Source of the DNA: Camelus dromedarius
Taxonomy: Eukaryota
Direction: 5' to 3'
Length of the DNA: 64,000 nucleotides
Assembly (NCBI RefSeq): GCF_036321535.1
Contig: NC_087447.1
Span: forward strand, 44,270,001-44,334,000
Part shown: piece by piece, positions 42,040-55,210 of the stretch
Numbering within the stretch: the first letter of the stretch is position 1
Layout of the letters: every line of letters starts with the position of its first letter
Made by a program: the position numbers and the translations under genes
Notes under the pieces: generated by a model
Told to the model about the DNA's origin: nothing
The model's input: only the letters and a program-made list of their open reading frames with translations
The model's database searches: none

Positions 42040-42212
42040 AAGGAAAAAAATGTGACAATGAATATATACATGTTCATGTATAACTGAAAAATTGTGCTCT
42101 ACACTGGAATTTGACACAACATTGTAAAATGACTATAACTCAATTTAAAAAATGTTAAAAAATAAATAAATAAATAAAGTAAAATTGTCAAGCAAAGAAA
42201 AAAAAAAAAAAG
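42040..42212 (+). mobile_element. Short young L1 3' tail
   Basis: Near identical to 6711-6825 and 1160-1236, with polyA. Confidence 0.85.
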
Positions 42213-44984
42213 AAGAAGATCCAATGACATCTCATTGTGTAGAGATAATAGAGTAAGCTATACCCAAAAAGAACCCTAGGGAACATCCCACTTGCATAAT
42301 CTCCCAGGACCTCATCTTTTAAGATCATGGAAGAAAATGATTCAATTCACTATTGGTGTTTAAAAAATAAGTGTTCTATTCAACCAAGAATACAGCCAGA
42401 GGTTGAAATGGAATCCACAGAAAAGCCCAGGTGATGGCCAGCTGTGAGGAGAGGGCTAAGAATCACGGGGATCCAGCACCAAACTCTGGATCTGCAGCTT
42501 GGATCTCTGGATCTTACTCTGCTGGACTCACTGGCAGGTCCATTTACCCAAAGTTCCCCATCTCTAGAATAAACTCATCCCTGGTTTCCAGGTAAGAAGG
42601 AGGAAGATGCTGAAGGAATCAAGTCTCTGCAGAAACAGACAACTTAAGTCTATCCTAGGAGAAGGGCCCTGTCCTGATTTTTACAATCCACAGTCTATTT
42701 GGGAGAAGAGATTTTTCTTTTTCTCTCTTCTCTAGAATTCTTGGCCTTAGGAATCTACTACTGGGCTCTTAATGGGAGGGTCAGTTTGTGTGCAAAAAAG
42801 CCCAAGAAATCAGAAGATCCATTGTCTCTCAAACTAGCTACCCCTTTTCAACTACCAGAACCTTCCTGTGCTCTGACTTTTCATCCTCGTTTCCACAGAG
42901 TTCTTGTCCTTTCACTTTTCCCACACTCTCTGGGTGATGCCCCCTGGACTCACAGCAAAATACCTAGGACACAAGACAGAGCTTCTTGTAACACAGGCTG
43001 GGAGGTGGGAAGGGGCCAGAGCTCAGGAGTCCTGGTGTTGGGTGTGTGGGGACTCCCTGCCCCAGCACCTAGTTGTCAGGCTGCTACCACATTGCATATT
43101 CCCTCTGAGGGGTAAGAATGAGACAGAACAGGAGTGCATACTGAAGGTCTGTTCCTGTTTCTACTGGAAGAGGAACAACTCCACTGGTGCCCTCTCACTT
43201 ACACCAGTGGTCCAGGCGGTCACACCCTGTGTTACTCCTGGTTCGTCACAGAATCTCCCCATTCCAAAGAGAACATGAAGCTGGACCAGCATCAGCTGTG
43301 TCTTACAAGCTTTGTACTATGCTTTAAACAGGGATTATTAGAGTTTAGGAGAGTTTAAAAGCAGATTTGTGACAGTGCCATTGTGTATGAGAGGGTTCTG
43401 CTCTTACTGGATGCATTCAGTTATTCATTTACTAATTCAGCCAGTCAGTGAACATTTCCTAAAAACTTACTATATTCTGGGAAATGCAGTCATATGGATT
43501 GAGATAGGGTTTCTACACTGAAGAATTTGTGGGCGACTGGCTTATAAAACAATCATGTATAAATTAATTTTAAAAATCGTATTATACACATACCTCAAAA
43601 CTCAAATTGTACACATGTATTATGCACAGTTCATCATATGGAAACTCACAATGATGAAACAGTAAACAATGAGCTTATCAGACAATATTAGGAAATGAGA
43701 TCAGTAATGGATTATTTGGGCTATTAAAGTTGTAGCACTTATCAAAGATTCTCTTGCATATTCTCTTTACATTATATCCAAAGGAAAGCAATTTCTCATT
43801 TAGTTTTGCTAGTTCCTCAGATTATTCCTTGACTCTGCCTTCCTGGTCCCACAAGTTTGGTGGACCCTAATAGTATGTTCATTTCCATCTGGATGGCTAT
43901 TTATGAATAGAAATCTCACTGTAAATGTGTAGTCTTCAAATCAAATCCTACTTGGCAGCACATGAGCCAGTGGTCCAGCCACAACTGATCAGACCACATT
44001 TGTCCTCTCCTGCCAGCTAGATGTAGAGTTAGATGTGAGAACAAACCCTTACAACTTCCCCTTATCCCAAGATGGCCCTTCCAGACAGGCTTTTGGCTCT
44101 GACATCTCCCTCAGTCTAAAGGGCAGTTCTAGGACTAGTACTTCAACCCTCCCCAGGAATAACAGACTCCAGCCCTGATTCCCAGCCATTTACTGATGAC
44201 CCTGCTACTTTCCCTAACTCTAATCTCCTTCCCCAGGAGCTTGGATTCAGCCAGGTTATTCCTTGCTTGTTCCTGATGTACAGCACTGTACAGACTTTGA
44301 ATAGTGTTTCCTGCCTGACTGCAGACCACTGGACCCGTGCCTGATTTCCTACTGATGCACCTCTCCAGCTGACTGGATAAGCAACTATGCAGGCATAGTT
44401 GTGGCTGCATTCGGTCTCCACAAAGGGTAGGCCCCCTAATTCCAGAGGGTGAGGTGCTGCCTAAGTCTGGTCTGGTCTCCACTGTCCTGCTCTGTGAGGA
44501 TGAGGTCCTATCATGCCTTAATCTTGGGCACTGCCAAGGTTCTCTGATCCAATGAAGAAAGGACCAGGACTGTGGATTACAACACGATCTAAAATGGTCT
44601 CCTAAAATTCCCTTCCTACTTGGAAGGATGATAAGGAAACACAAAAGAAAAGGTTATTATTGGTTCTCTTCCTTGATGGAATAAAAGAGGAAAGTCTGCT
44701 GACTGAAAACTATGAAGAAACAAAAACCTGGGCTTTCTACTAAAGGCAGAACCCTTTATATTTTTCAAATTCACATAATATGTTAGTGCTCATTTTTAGA
44801 TAGCTTCGGGAGGAATATGGGGATGGGAATTTTACAAATTCACAAGTCAAATATTTACAAGAATTTTAAAAATCAAATACATTTATTCTTCCAATGAGAT
44901 CTACACCCTCAGGATTTGGTGCTCAACCGCAGTCAGTTTTTTATTGCTCTATTGATGTGGATGTGTAGACAGGAACACACATCA

Positions 44985-45908
44985 ATGGGTACAAAAAACC
45001 AAACCTATCTGACTGAATTCATCTTGCTGGGATTTTCCTCAGGTCAGCAGACCCAGATCCTGCTGTTTGTAGTATTTCTCATCATCTACCTGCTGACTGT
45101 GTTTGGGAATCTGCTCATCATAGTGCTAATTTACGTTGACTCTCGACTTCATACACCAATGTACTTCTTCCTTAAAAACCTGTCATTTACTGATCTCCTT
45201 TTCTCTACAACGATCGTCCCCCAGATGTTGTTCCATTTGCTGGTAACAAGAAAGACCATTTCCTTTGCTAGGTGCTCAATTCAGATGATTTTTTTCCTAA
45301 TAGCAGGGTGCACAGAGAGTTCCCTCCTAGCAGTAATGTCCTATGACTGCTATGTAGCAGTCTGCAAGCCCCTGCACTACTCCACCCTCATGACCCAGAG
45401 GGTTTGTGTTCAACTGACCATAGGATCTTGGGCCAGTGGAGCATTTGTGTCTTTAGTAGACACCACATTTACTTTCTCTCTCTCATACCATGGCCAGAAC
45501 ATAATTAATCATTATTTTTGTGAACCTCCTGCCCTCTTGAAGTTGGCTTCAGAAGAAAGCTACAAAGCTGAGATGGCCATCTTTGCTATGGGAGTGGTGA
45601 TCCTCCCTGGTCCTCTCTCCCTCATCCTCTTCTCTTACTGGAATATTATCTCCACTGTGATTCAGATACAGGCAGGGGAGAGGAGGCTTAAGGTCTTTTC
45701 TACCTGTGGTTCTCATCTTATGGTTGTTGTTTTCTTCTATGGCTCAACCATATTTACATATATGCGTCCAAATTCCAAGAAAATGAACCAGAGGGATAAG
45801 GTGATCTCTGTGTTTTACTCAGTTGTAACATCTATGTTGAACCCATTCATTTATAGCCTAAGGAACAAGGATGTTAAGGAGGCATTTAGGAAAGTATTTG
45901 GAAGATAG
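44985..45908 (+). CDS. Olfactory receptor, family 2D-like, 307 aa; open ORF but DRY>DCY
   Basis: ATG at 44985 (MGTKNQT) aligns with the paralogue start at 61709. Motifs [23 protein letters not shown] (OR2D signature), [20 protein letters not shown]. Confidence 0.9.
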   Translation: MGTKNQTYLTEFILLGFSSGQQTQILLFVVFLIIYLLTVFGNLLIIVLIYVDSRLHTPMYFFLKNLSFTDLLFSTTIVPQMLFHLLVTRKTISFARCSIQMIFFLIAGCTESSLLAVMSYDCYVAVCKPLHYSTLMTQRVCVQLTIGSWASGAFVSLVDTTFTFSLSYHGQNIINHYFCEPPALLKLASEESYKAEMAIFAMGVVILPGPLSLILFSYWNIISTVIQIQAGERRLKVFSTCGSHLMVVVFFYGSTIFTYMRPNSKKMNQRDKVISVFYSVVTSMLNPFIYSLRNKDVKEAFRKVFGR

Positions 45909-47661
45909 AGCCTCTTTGGAGGCAACGATCTCTATACTGCCATACAATTGTGGGGATAAACATATTCCCAAGAGGTTCAACATCTTTAACAGCTTTCTCT
46001 CTGAAGTGTCTTTAGGCTGATACATCAGAAAGGGTCATACAGGTGCTCTTATATATCTAGGGTGTTTATGTTTGTCAACTGTATCTTTCTCAAGATTATT
46101 CTCTGTGGTTATAACTTAATAGCAAAACACTATTATGGGGCAAGAATATTATATTAATTACATTTATATATCATATAAAATTTTAAAACAGGATCTTGTT
46201 TCCACCAAGTTATTGGATCACTAGTCCATATTCACCTGGGGATATTACCTTCTGGTTCTAAACTCCACAGCTGCTTGTCAGCCTCATCCAATGCTAACAT
46301 CATCTACAGTCTTTTACAGATCTTAGAGTCCTATCTGATATCAATATGCTAGACTCTATCATTTCCAGTGACAAAATGTCAGTCATTTTTTACCCTGAAG
46401 CTGATACTAGAGCCTTGTTTTTTATTTTGTTTTCTTCTCTTTTTTCCTGTAGATTTCCTGTGTATTTTTTCCTGTATATTTCCAAAATACTGCTATAGCC
46501 AATTCAACTGCACATGGGGGAGCTTTTGGTCTAGACAATAATGTGTGGGATTCTCATATTCCAGCAAATATGATATAGCTTGCATATACCGCACACTGCT
46601 TCCCTCCAAAGACCATTACTGGCTCTATCCTCTTCTGCAGATATAACTGTGCCAGTACCCACTTCCTTTCTGGGAAGTGGGAGAGAATGGCTGACGTGTG
46701 AGAAGCAATCCTAGAAGGTGGAGATTGCTCTGTGGGAAAAAATGATCCCTTTAGTCTTTTCTAACTACTGCTGTAACCTTCTGTTAGAGCAGAAGCACCA
46801 TCAGTGACAGACCAGTAGCTTCTAACCAGTGTTTGGCCTGTTAAACTGCCCTTCGCTTAGGGGAAAAATCCACTGTTGTTGCCCCCTGCCCCCAACTCAA
46901 GGTCTAACTGCAGATATTACATGACATTGACCCAACATGTCATTAGTTTGTGGGAACACTACCAATCCCCACCCCCTGGCCTGTTTGCAGGGTCTGTGAG
47001 CCATGAAAATATAGCTGGGGTCCGTCACAGTCCTGCCCATTTCCCCCATGGTTATCCATTCTTCCTGGCCTAAGTCCCATGACACAAACACACTCATTCC
47101 ATTACTTTGTCTTTCATTTTCCAGGCTTGCACATACCTCCTGACTCATCCCATCCAATGAAAATCTAACTCATTTGTTAAATAAATGTATATTGACAGTC
47201 CTTCTAGATACTGGATATACAGCAATGAACAAAGTGTAAAATGTCTATCCCCATAGAACTTGTGTTTTAGAAGAGGGTGATAAAAATGAATAAACTAATA
47301 AAGTAAAACACATAATGTGTGATGGTAATAAATGCTGTGAGATAATAAAGGTAAGGAAGGGTGAAATGCAAATTTAAGCAGCTGGTCAGGAAAGACCTGA
47401 GAAGATGACATTTCAGTTAAAGGACATCTTACATCTTAGAGAAATTAACATTGTGCTGTGACCAGAAGGTTAAAAAGAACCAAAGAGAGATCTAAGGGAG
47501 GAGGGTCTAGGCAGAGAGAACATAGCATCCCAATGGCTTGTATTGAGAAAGTTTGTTGAGATCAGGACAAAGGTCAGAGTGTTTGAAGGCTGATGAGTGA
47601 CAGGAAGAGTGTCAATGAATGAGGTCATAGAAACAGGCAGAAGCCAGAGTGGTAGGGCCTT

Positions 47662-48091
47662 TGTATTAGTTTCCCAGGGCTACCATAACAAATTATCACA
47701 AACCTGGTGGCTTAGAACAGCAGGAATTCATAATCTGGAGGCCAGAAGTCTGAAGTCAAGGTATCTGCAGACTAGGATCCCTCAGATGGCTCTAGCAGAG
47801 GACACTTCCTTGCCTCTCCTAGGTTTTGTACTGAGCTGGGTGTTCCTTGTCTTGTGGTACCGTAACTCCTATCTCTACCTTTGTCTTCACAATGTCTTCT
47901 CTCCTCAGTCTGTGTCCTCCCCTCTTCTTAAAAGGGCATCTGTCATTGGGTTTAAGGTTCACTCTCTGAGGATGATCTCATCTTGAGATTTCCCTTAATT
48001 ACATCTACAAAGACCTTTATTCCAAAACATAAAGTCTCATTTTACATTCCAAGTAGATATCTTTTGGGGTGACACAATTCAACTCACAACA
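47662..48091 (-). mobile_element. MLT1 (ERVL-MaLR) solo LTR
   Basis: TG...CA termini, MLT1 motifs (tctggaggccagaagtctgaa), 5-bp TSD GCCTT at 47657-47661 and 48092-48096. Confidence 0.88.
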
Positions 48092-48147
48092 GCCTTGGAA
48101 GTCCTGAGAAGGTGACTGATTTTATGTTCAATGGAAAGCCATCCTGA

Positions 48148-51100
48148 TGTTACTGAATCCAAGTTCATGTGCCTGACACACAGTGAGGCCAAACAAACCA
48201 AAACGTGAAAGTCTGGAGCAGAGAAAGGTTTATTGCAGGGCTGAGCAAGGAAAATTGTTGGCTCGCAACTGAAAAACCCCAAACTCCCTGAAGGGTTTCA
48301 GCTGAACATTTTTAAAGGCCATGTGAGGGAGGATCAGCCTAGGGTATGTGATCAGCTCATGCACAATTCTCTGGTTGATGGTCATCAATCCTGAGGCACC
48401 AGAAGGTCTGGGGACTACGTGCTTATGATCATCAAGTAGTTAATTTCTTCCATTTGGTGGTGGTTTTATCATATGAAGAACTCAGGAAAGATGGATCAGA
48501 TACAATTGTCTAAATAGTTCAGAGAGGAGCTAAAGCAGAGGATATAGGGGTGGGGTCTGTCCCAGGAAGGCCCCATAAAGTCCTGCTTGGTTACAGTTCC
48601 CCCCTTTTCTTTGATATGTCTCAATCTTGAACAGGTGTTGGACAAGAAGGAGAATAATGTTTCGGACGGAGATGTTAATCATCAATTTGGCAGAGGAAGT
48701 CTGTTTCAGTCTCCAATCCTGTTTCATCCTTCCCCATATCTTTCAGGGAATGGGGTGATGACAGTTCTGGATACTTCCTGCTGAAACAGGGTATAGTCTT
48801 ACCTCGATTTGGGGATGGAAACAAAGTTGGAAACATTCCCAAATTCCAAGTCTTGTATGATTAAAACCTCGTTCCTTGAAGAACTCAGAATGAGCCTGAA
48901 AACCAGACTGGACCTGGCACTTGGGTGGAGATTTGTGGCCAGGTAGCCAGTTGTCTTTTATCCGAGTAGGTTTTACCTTTGACGTGGTATTAACACATAT
49001 TTAACAGGAGCTATTGGCCATTATACATCTCCTGTTTTTTAGGGCTCCCTTTCTACAAACTTTCCACAGCTTTCTGTATCCCTAAGGGTTTTTCCCTTTT
49101 TTTCCCCATCTAGAAACAACAAGCTCAGGACCAAGTCCATTTCTTTTCCCTTCACAAAATACACTTCCATTCCTCACACCTTTTTTTTTTTTACTCAAAA
49201 CATATATCCTACTTCCTACTGTATACTGAAATGTTTCCCTTATTATTTTTAGCAGCTTTAATGACATGTTTAAATTAGAATCCTCAACTCAAGTTCTAGT
49301 AAAAACCAAGAAGCAAGCAACCATGAACTGTCTTTTAAATCAGCATTCGGTAAACTGGCAAACACAAACACATCATCTTCAAAAATATTTGCTTTTCATA
49401 GAAAATATCTCACTGTGGCACCAAACATATTCATTGACAGTGCCAAATACCTCTAGTTACTCTGAAAATGGAAGCCAGTGTTCAGTAATTAATATTTCAA
49501 TATTTTATTTTGTTTGGGAAGGACCTAGCCATTCAACAAGCTTCCATCATTTAACTTAATTTAATACAATTCTAAAATTTCAAGTTACCAACTATTTGGA
49601 GAGGTCAATAGTTGAGTAGACTCAACTATTTCTAGAGAGTTCATTCAAAAGCTCCTCTCATTTGCATTTAATTCACCTGTAAGAATTTCATCACACCAAA
49701 TAAAATTTTTTCTTTCTGCTGACAAACTCTGCAATGGAAATAATAAACTTATTGACCATTAGTAAACCTAGGTACAATGAAAGACATGTCTGTATTGATT
49801 ATAGCACCAAGCTTAAGCTAGCTTTTTAGAACTGAAGTAGAGTTGATTTACAGCATTGTTAAGCTAGCTTTAATCATTCAGCACCGAACACTTCCCAGAT
49901 CATGTGAACCTGAAGCTGTTCTGTCCAGCTTCTTTATACGTAGAAGTATTATGTCTCTAAGCACTCACGTTTAAGTCAATTAAATAGAGCTCATTTACAA
50001 GTTAATTTTTACATGAAGACAGACAGAACCAGAGATCTCACAGTTTTTCCTTTTGAGTTTAAAAAAACATTTTTTCCTCCAGAGCCCAGGTAGATTATTT
50101 ACATCTCAGAGGCATAGAAAGAGAAATGCAAAATTCTCCTCCGCTTTTACAAAACCCAAACATCTTGGTTATTTTCAGGTATTTTTATTCCAGTTCCCAA
50201 CTTCAGTTTAAAGAAATGACAGGTAATAGATATTAAAATATGTATCATTCACTCACATTCACATGCCTCACTTTCAGCAAAACCAGGAGGAGAGAACAGG
50301 ATTTGGCCTCAGGTACCGAGACACCCACAGATACTCACCCCTCAAGAAAAAGGCTGAAGCAATTGCAAAAGACCCAGTTTAATATAAAAGCAGAGCCATG
50401 AGGGGCCATTGTTCTTCAGATCTCAGGGAGCACTGAGGTCACACAAGTTGCAATAAAAACATTATTTTCTTTTATTTATGGGAGCATAGCTAAAGACCTC
50501 CCAGTTTTGCCAAAAGATGGAACAAAATTAGAAACACCCGTAATTGTTCACAGCTGGTATTATCAAATATCAAGCAAACAAATACAATGCAAAACAGTTT
50601 CACAGAGTCACAGTTCTCTAGCCCAAAAGGGAGATTCCCATCCAATGCCCTGTCAGAGATGAAGCTGAATAAACCACCAAAGCTACAAAGGGAAAATTAT
50701 GACCAACACTCCACCGCAGGTGATGCCAACACAACAGGGGAAGGATACCCTGGTGTCATCACATTCCAAGCCTGTTACTCACCAAAGATGTCTTACTGGC
50801 CGAAGTACTGACACACAGGCACATATAAACAACAAACGTGGTCCCCCAAACGAAGGATCACACAAGGAGCCCCAAAATTCCACTCCCAGATGGAGGCTTC
50901 CAGAGTGCCCTAGCTCCCGAAAGAGACTGGATCCAGAGTGGCTCCCAATGAGCCCAGAATGTCTCACTTCCAGGAAGGGAAATGAGCCCAGGTGGAATGG
51001 GTAGAAGTTTCTTATCCTGTACAAGCTGCAGTGGCTCACTGCAAAATGATACACACAAAACCACAAATAACAAATAAGCTATGGTTGCACAGACAATCAG

Positions 51101-51914
51101 AGGAGGTGTAGTCTAATAATTCCACTTCCACTCCCAGATGGAGGCCTCCAGACAGACTGGCACAGCCCTCAAAAGAGAACGGACCCAGAGTCTCTCACTT
51201 CCCTCAAGGGAATGAGCCCAGAAGGAGTGGGTCAAATTCCCAGCCAGCCCAAGCTGTAGCCACTCACCCCCAGGTGACTCCCAATGTGGACTGCAGCTCT
51301 GGAAGTTTCTCCTCCAAACAGCCTCAGGCTCTGGGGCAGCTGGTGCCTGTCAGAGTCTGTCTCAGCTCCCCTGGAGCAAAGTGAGCTCCAGCAGCTGCTG
51401 GGGACCCAGGAAGGAGCTGCCTCTGGAGGGGGTTGACCTGCCATGAGCACAGACTCCTGGCTTCTCCAGAATTGTTACTGAATGCACGTTCATGTGCCCC
51501 ACACAAAGTGAAGTCAAACAAACTGAACCCTGGGAGCCCGGAGCAGAGAAAGGTTTATTGCAGGTCCCAGCAAGAACTGTTCTCTCGTGCCCAAATCCCC
51601 CCACCCCCAGCCCAATACCTTGAAGGGTTTCAGCTGAGCATTTTTAAAGGCCAGCTGAGGGAGGGCATCCCAGGTTATCTGATCAGCCATGCACAATTCT
51701 CTGATTGGTTCATGGTGCTCAGTACTTAGGCACCAGAAAGTCTGTGGACTACATGCTCATGATCATCAAGTAGTTGATTTTTTCCATTTGGTGGTGGTTT
51801 TAGCATCTGGAGAACACAGATACAATTATCTGGATATTCAGAGAGGAGCTAAAGCAGAGGATATGGGGGAGGGGTCTGTCCTGGAAAGGTCCCATAGGGT
51901 CTTGCTCACTTACG
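48148..51914 (-). mobile_element. Internally deleted, non-coding ERV1-like provirus with two LTRs
   Basis: Direct-repeat LTRs at 48148-48595 and 51473-51914. Minus-strand polypurine tract AGAAAAGGGGGGAAC at 48596-48610. Degenerate tRNA-Arg PBS at 51452-51468. Confidence 0.88.
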
Positions 51915-52122
51915 TATATACACTTTAAAAAGGTCTCTTTGAGAGTTGTACAGGGAGTGGATTGCAAGTGGACAAGCAAGAGAAGCAATCAGTAAGATTG
52001 AGCTCTACTGTGGTAGCCTGGGGGAGATGATGGTCTTAACTAGGGTTGCAGCAATGGAGGGCACAGGAGATGGCACATCACGTGGGTTGATAGGATGCAG
52101 AGATAAAAAGAGAGAGGAACAA

Positions 52123-52546
52123 TACAGTAATTCAGTTTCTATATATATATATATATATATATATATGTTATTTTCCATTATAGGCTACTTACAAGGTATT
52201 GATTATGCTTCCCTATGCTATACAGTAGGACCTTGCTGTTTATGTATTTTACTTTACTTTTTCCATTTTTTTATTGAAGTTTATTCAGTTTACAGTAGTG
52301 TGTCAACTTCTGGTGTACAGCATAATGTTTCAGTCACACATATACAGACATACATTCCTTTTCATATTCTTTTTCATTATAGGTTACTACAAGATATTGA
52401 ATATAGTTTCATGGGCTATATAGTATAAACCTGCTTATCTATTTTATATATAGTAGTTAGTATGCTGTACATCAGAAATTAACAAAACATTATAAACTGA
52501 CAATAGTTAAATTTTTAAAAATTAAAATAATTTTTAAAAAGAAAAA
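52123..52546. mobile_element. Composite of short L1 3' tails (inverted and nested)
   Basis: TSD AAAAAGAGAGAGGAACAA at 52105-52122 and 52547-52564, enclosing two reverse tail segments and one forward tail. Confidence 0.8.
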
Positions 52547-54769
52547 AAAAAGAGAGAGGAACAAAATATCCTGCTAAGTCTTTGACCTGAGCAATTCTGT
52601 GGATAATGAAGATTCAAAAAGAGGGGAGTCTGATGGGAAAAATAATTCTCTTTTGGTCTTGTTTATATGGCCATATGTTTTATGCTTAGTTCTCACAACA
52701 CCCTTCTGTATTTGAATAGCCACAATAAAGGCTTTAAACAGTCATGACATCTTGAACTGCATCATGTACCTCTAGTTACTCTTTTCCCATTAGTGGAAGA
52801 TAATTGAAGCATTCTGAGTACAGTTGGAGACAAAGGTTCTGAAATCCCCTGGCACTTGTTAGCAGAGAGGTATCATTGGAATGATGCAGAATATACTTAT
52901 GTCAGCTGCCTTTTATGTTGCCATCAGTATTGCAAACTCTATTTTTAAAATTAGCAGAAAACTTGGAGACCCCAGAAGTCCTTAGACCGACATCAGATAA
53001 GATTCAGGTATTTCAGTTTGTGATTACAATAAAAAATGCCCCAGAGTATCTCTCATTATAGAAAGGTTATAAAAAAAAAAAAAAAGAAAAGAAAAAAGCT
53101 AATAGTACTGATGCTCCAGGGAATGCCCTATTTACAATAGCTCTTAGGACCTTCGGTTTAAAGAGTTCCTTCCAGGAAAATCCTCCAGATGGTTCCTTGC
53201 TGAATCAGGAATTTTAATAAAATGGTGCTCCTTGGTTTAGGCTAGAATAAGACTCATAGCCAGGTGATGTCCCAACCTTCAGAATATTTGGTAAAGTGCA
53301 GTGGAGGTCACCTGTTAGGGTATGGATTAGCGATTGCAGAAACCACATCTTCCTTATTTCTTCATCGCTGACCCCACTGTCTTGTGTTTGTCTCCTGCCA
53401 GTCCTCCAGGTGAGAGTGGGGAGGATAATTATGGGGAGTTAATCCTTTCAGAAAGTCTGAAACCTTGATTCTGTTCATTGGAGGTGGGCTTTGCCTCACC
53501 CACTGCCTCTCCTTTCGCACCAAAATCTAGTGTGCCAGATTCTCCTCGGCCTCTCGCTATCTCAGTTTTCTTTTCAGAGATTCCTTCCTCATTCCTTTTA
53601 GCCACTTAGGTTTGGACACTGGGAGTAGGTCCAGGATGGAACCTGAACCTTCTGCCATGGGGGACACAGCAGGATCTTCTTGTGTTCAGACATCCCTGGA
53701 TGGCCACGCAGGCCCTCTTCTCAACTACATTTCTCTTGAGAATGAATGCATTGGTGGGTTATTGTGTTCATGTGGAGGGTAGGCATGAGTCTATACATTC
53801 GTTCAAGTCACTTTTAAACCCTACTATGTGTCAGCTGATGTTGGTATACAGTTAAGTGAAATATGTTTTATTACCTTGAAAAAACAATTCAGTCCAGAAA
53901 GACAGACATTTAATCAAATACTTAAAGTACGATGTATGAATTTCATGAAAAGAAGTATGCGCAAATCGTTTTCTGGACATTGTGAAGATAACAGTCAACT
54001 CTACCTTTATTCTGAGTAAAGAATTTTAAGAAGATGATTCCATTAAAACTGACTCTAGGCAACTAATGGGTGGTTAAAGTCAGGGGGAGCAAAATGTTCC
54101 TGCAAAGGAATATGAAGTTTAGGAGAAATGTAGAGTATTTTTTGGCTATGGCCTAGGATAATAGCTTAGGGAAGAGTTGAAAATTTATGATGTTTAGGTT
54201 GGCAGAAGACAGATCACTCAAAGAATTTGCAAAAAATTATTTCAAAAATGCTAGGAAGCCGAGAGGAGAATTCACAATTCTGTAGTAGTATCATTTGCAT
54301 TTTTTGTGATTTGCTATCTCACATGGCTTGAAGACAAGGAGAAGAAATTATAAGTAACAACTCAGGATGGGCTTTCGAGAATGTGATTAAGATGTGTAAA
54401 AATACAAGAAGAAAAGAAGTAAGATACATTGGTCCTACAGTAACAAAAAAGAGATTTTAAGAAATATTTATAGTTAAATTTGCCAAATTTCTTGGAGACT
54501 GAATATGGGATGAGAAAATGTCATTACTTGGATAAGAGTGTGTTTGGTTTCAGTATAGTCGTGAAAATAAAAAAGAGATTGAAAAGCTTTGAAGAGTGAA
54601 TGGTATGCTTAAAAAAAGTAGAAGTAATTAGTGCTGAACAAATACTTGATGAATTTAGTAACAAAAGTTAGATAATAAATAACAAGAAATGGTATGATCA
54701 ACAGAGGTTGTCCTGCTTTTCTTTGTTTTCTTTCCCCCCACCCCAAGGAAAAAAATCATTAAAAAAATT

Positions 54770-55210
54770 GCGGTTAAAAAAAATAACATAAAATTTTCTG
54801 TCTTAACCATTTTTAAGTGTACAGTTTGATAGTGTTCAGTATATTCATTGTGTAACAGCTCTCTAGCACTTTTTCATCTTGCAGAACTGAAACTCTATAT
54901 CCATTGAACAATTCCCTATTTCTCCCTCCCCTTAACCCCAGGCAACCACCACTCTAGTTTATTTCTATGAGTTTGACTGATTTTGATAGCTCCTATAAGT
55001 GGAATCATAACAGTATTTGTCCTTTTGGGACTGGCTTGTTTCATTCAGCATAATGTCCTCAAGGCTCATCCACCTTATAGTGTATGACAGGATTTCATTC
55101 TTTTTAAAGACTGAGTAATATTCCACTGCATGTATACAGCACATTTTGTATATCCATTCATCCAGTGATGGATGCTTTCACTTCTTGGCTATTGTGAAAT
55201 TTGCTGCCTT
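54770..55210 (-). mobile_element. L1MB-type 3' end remnant
   Basis: Reverse motifs ttaaccatttttaagtgtacag, gaaactctat and tcatccagtgatggat. Confidence 0.75.

Larger units (their letters stand above)
47170..52110. mobile_element. Ancient L2 remnant split by MLT1 and ERV insertions
   Basis: L2-like sequence at 47170-47661, 48092-48147 and 51920-52110. Confidence 0.55.
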
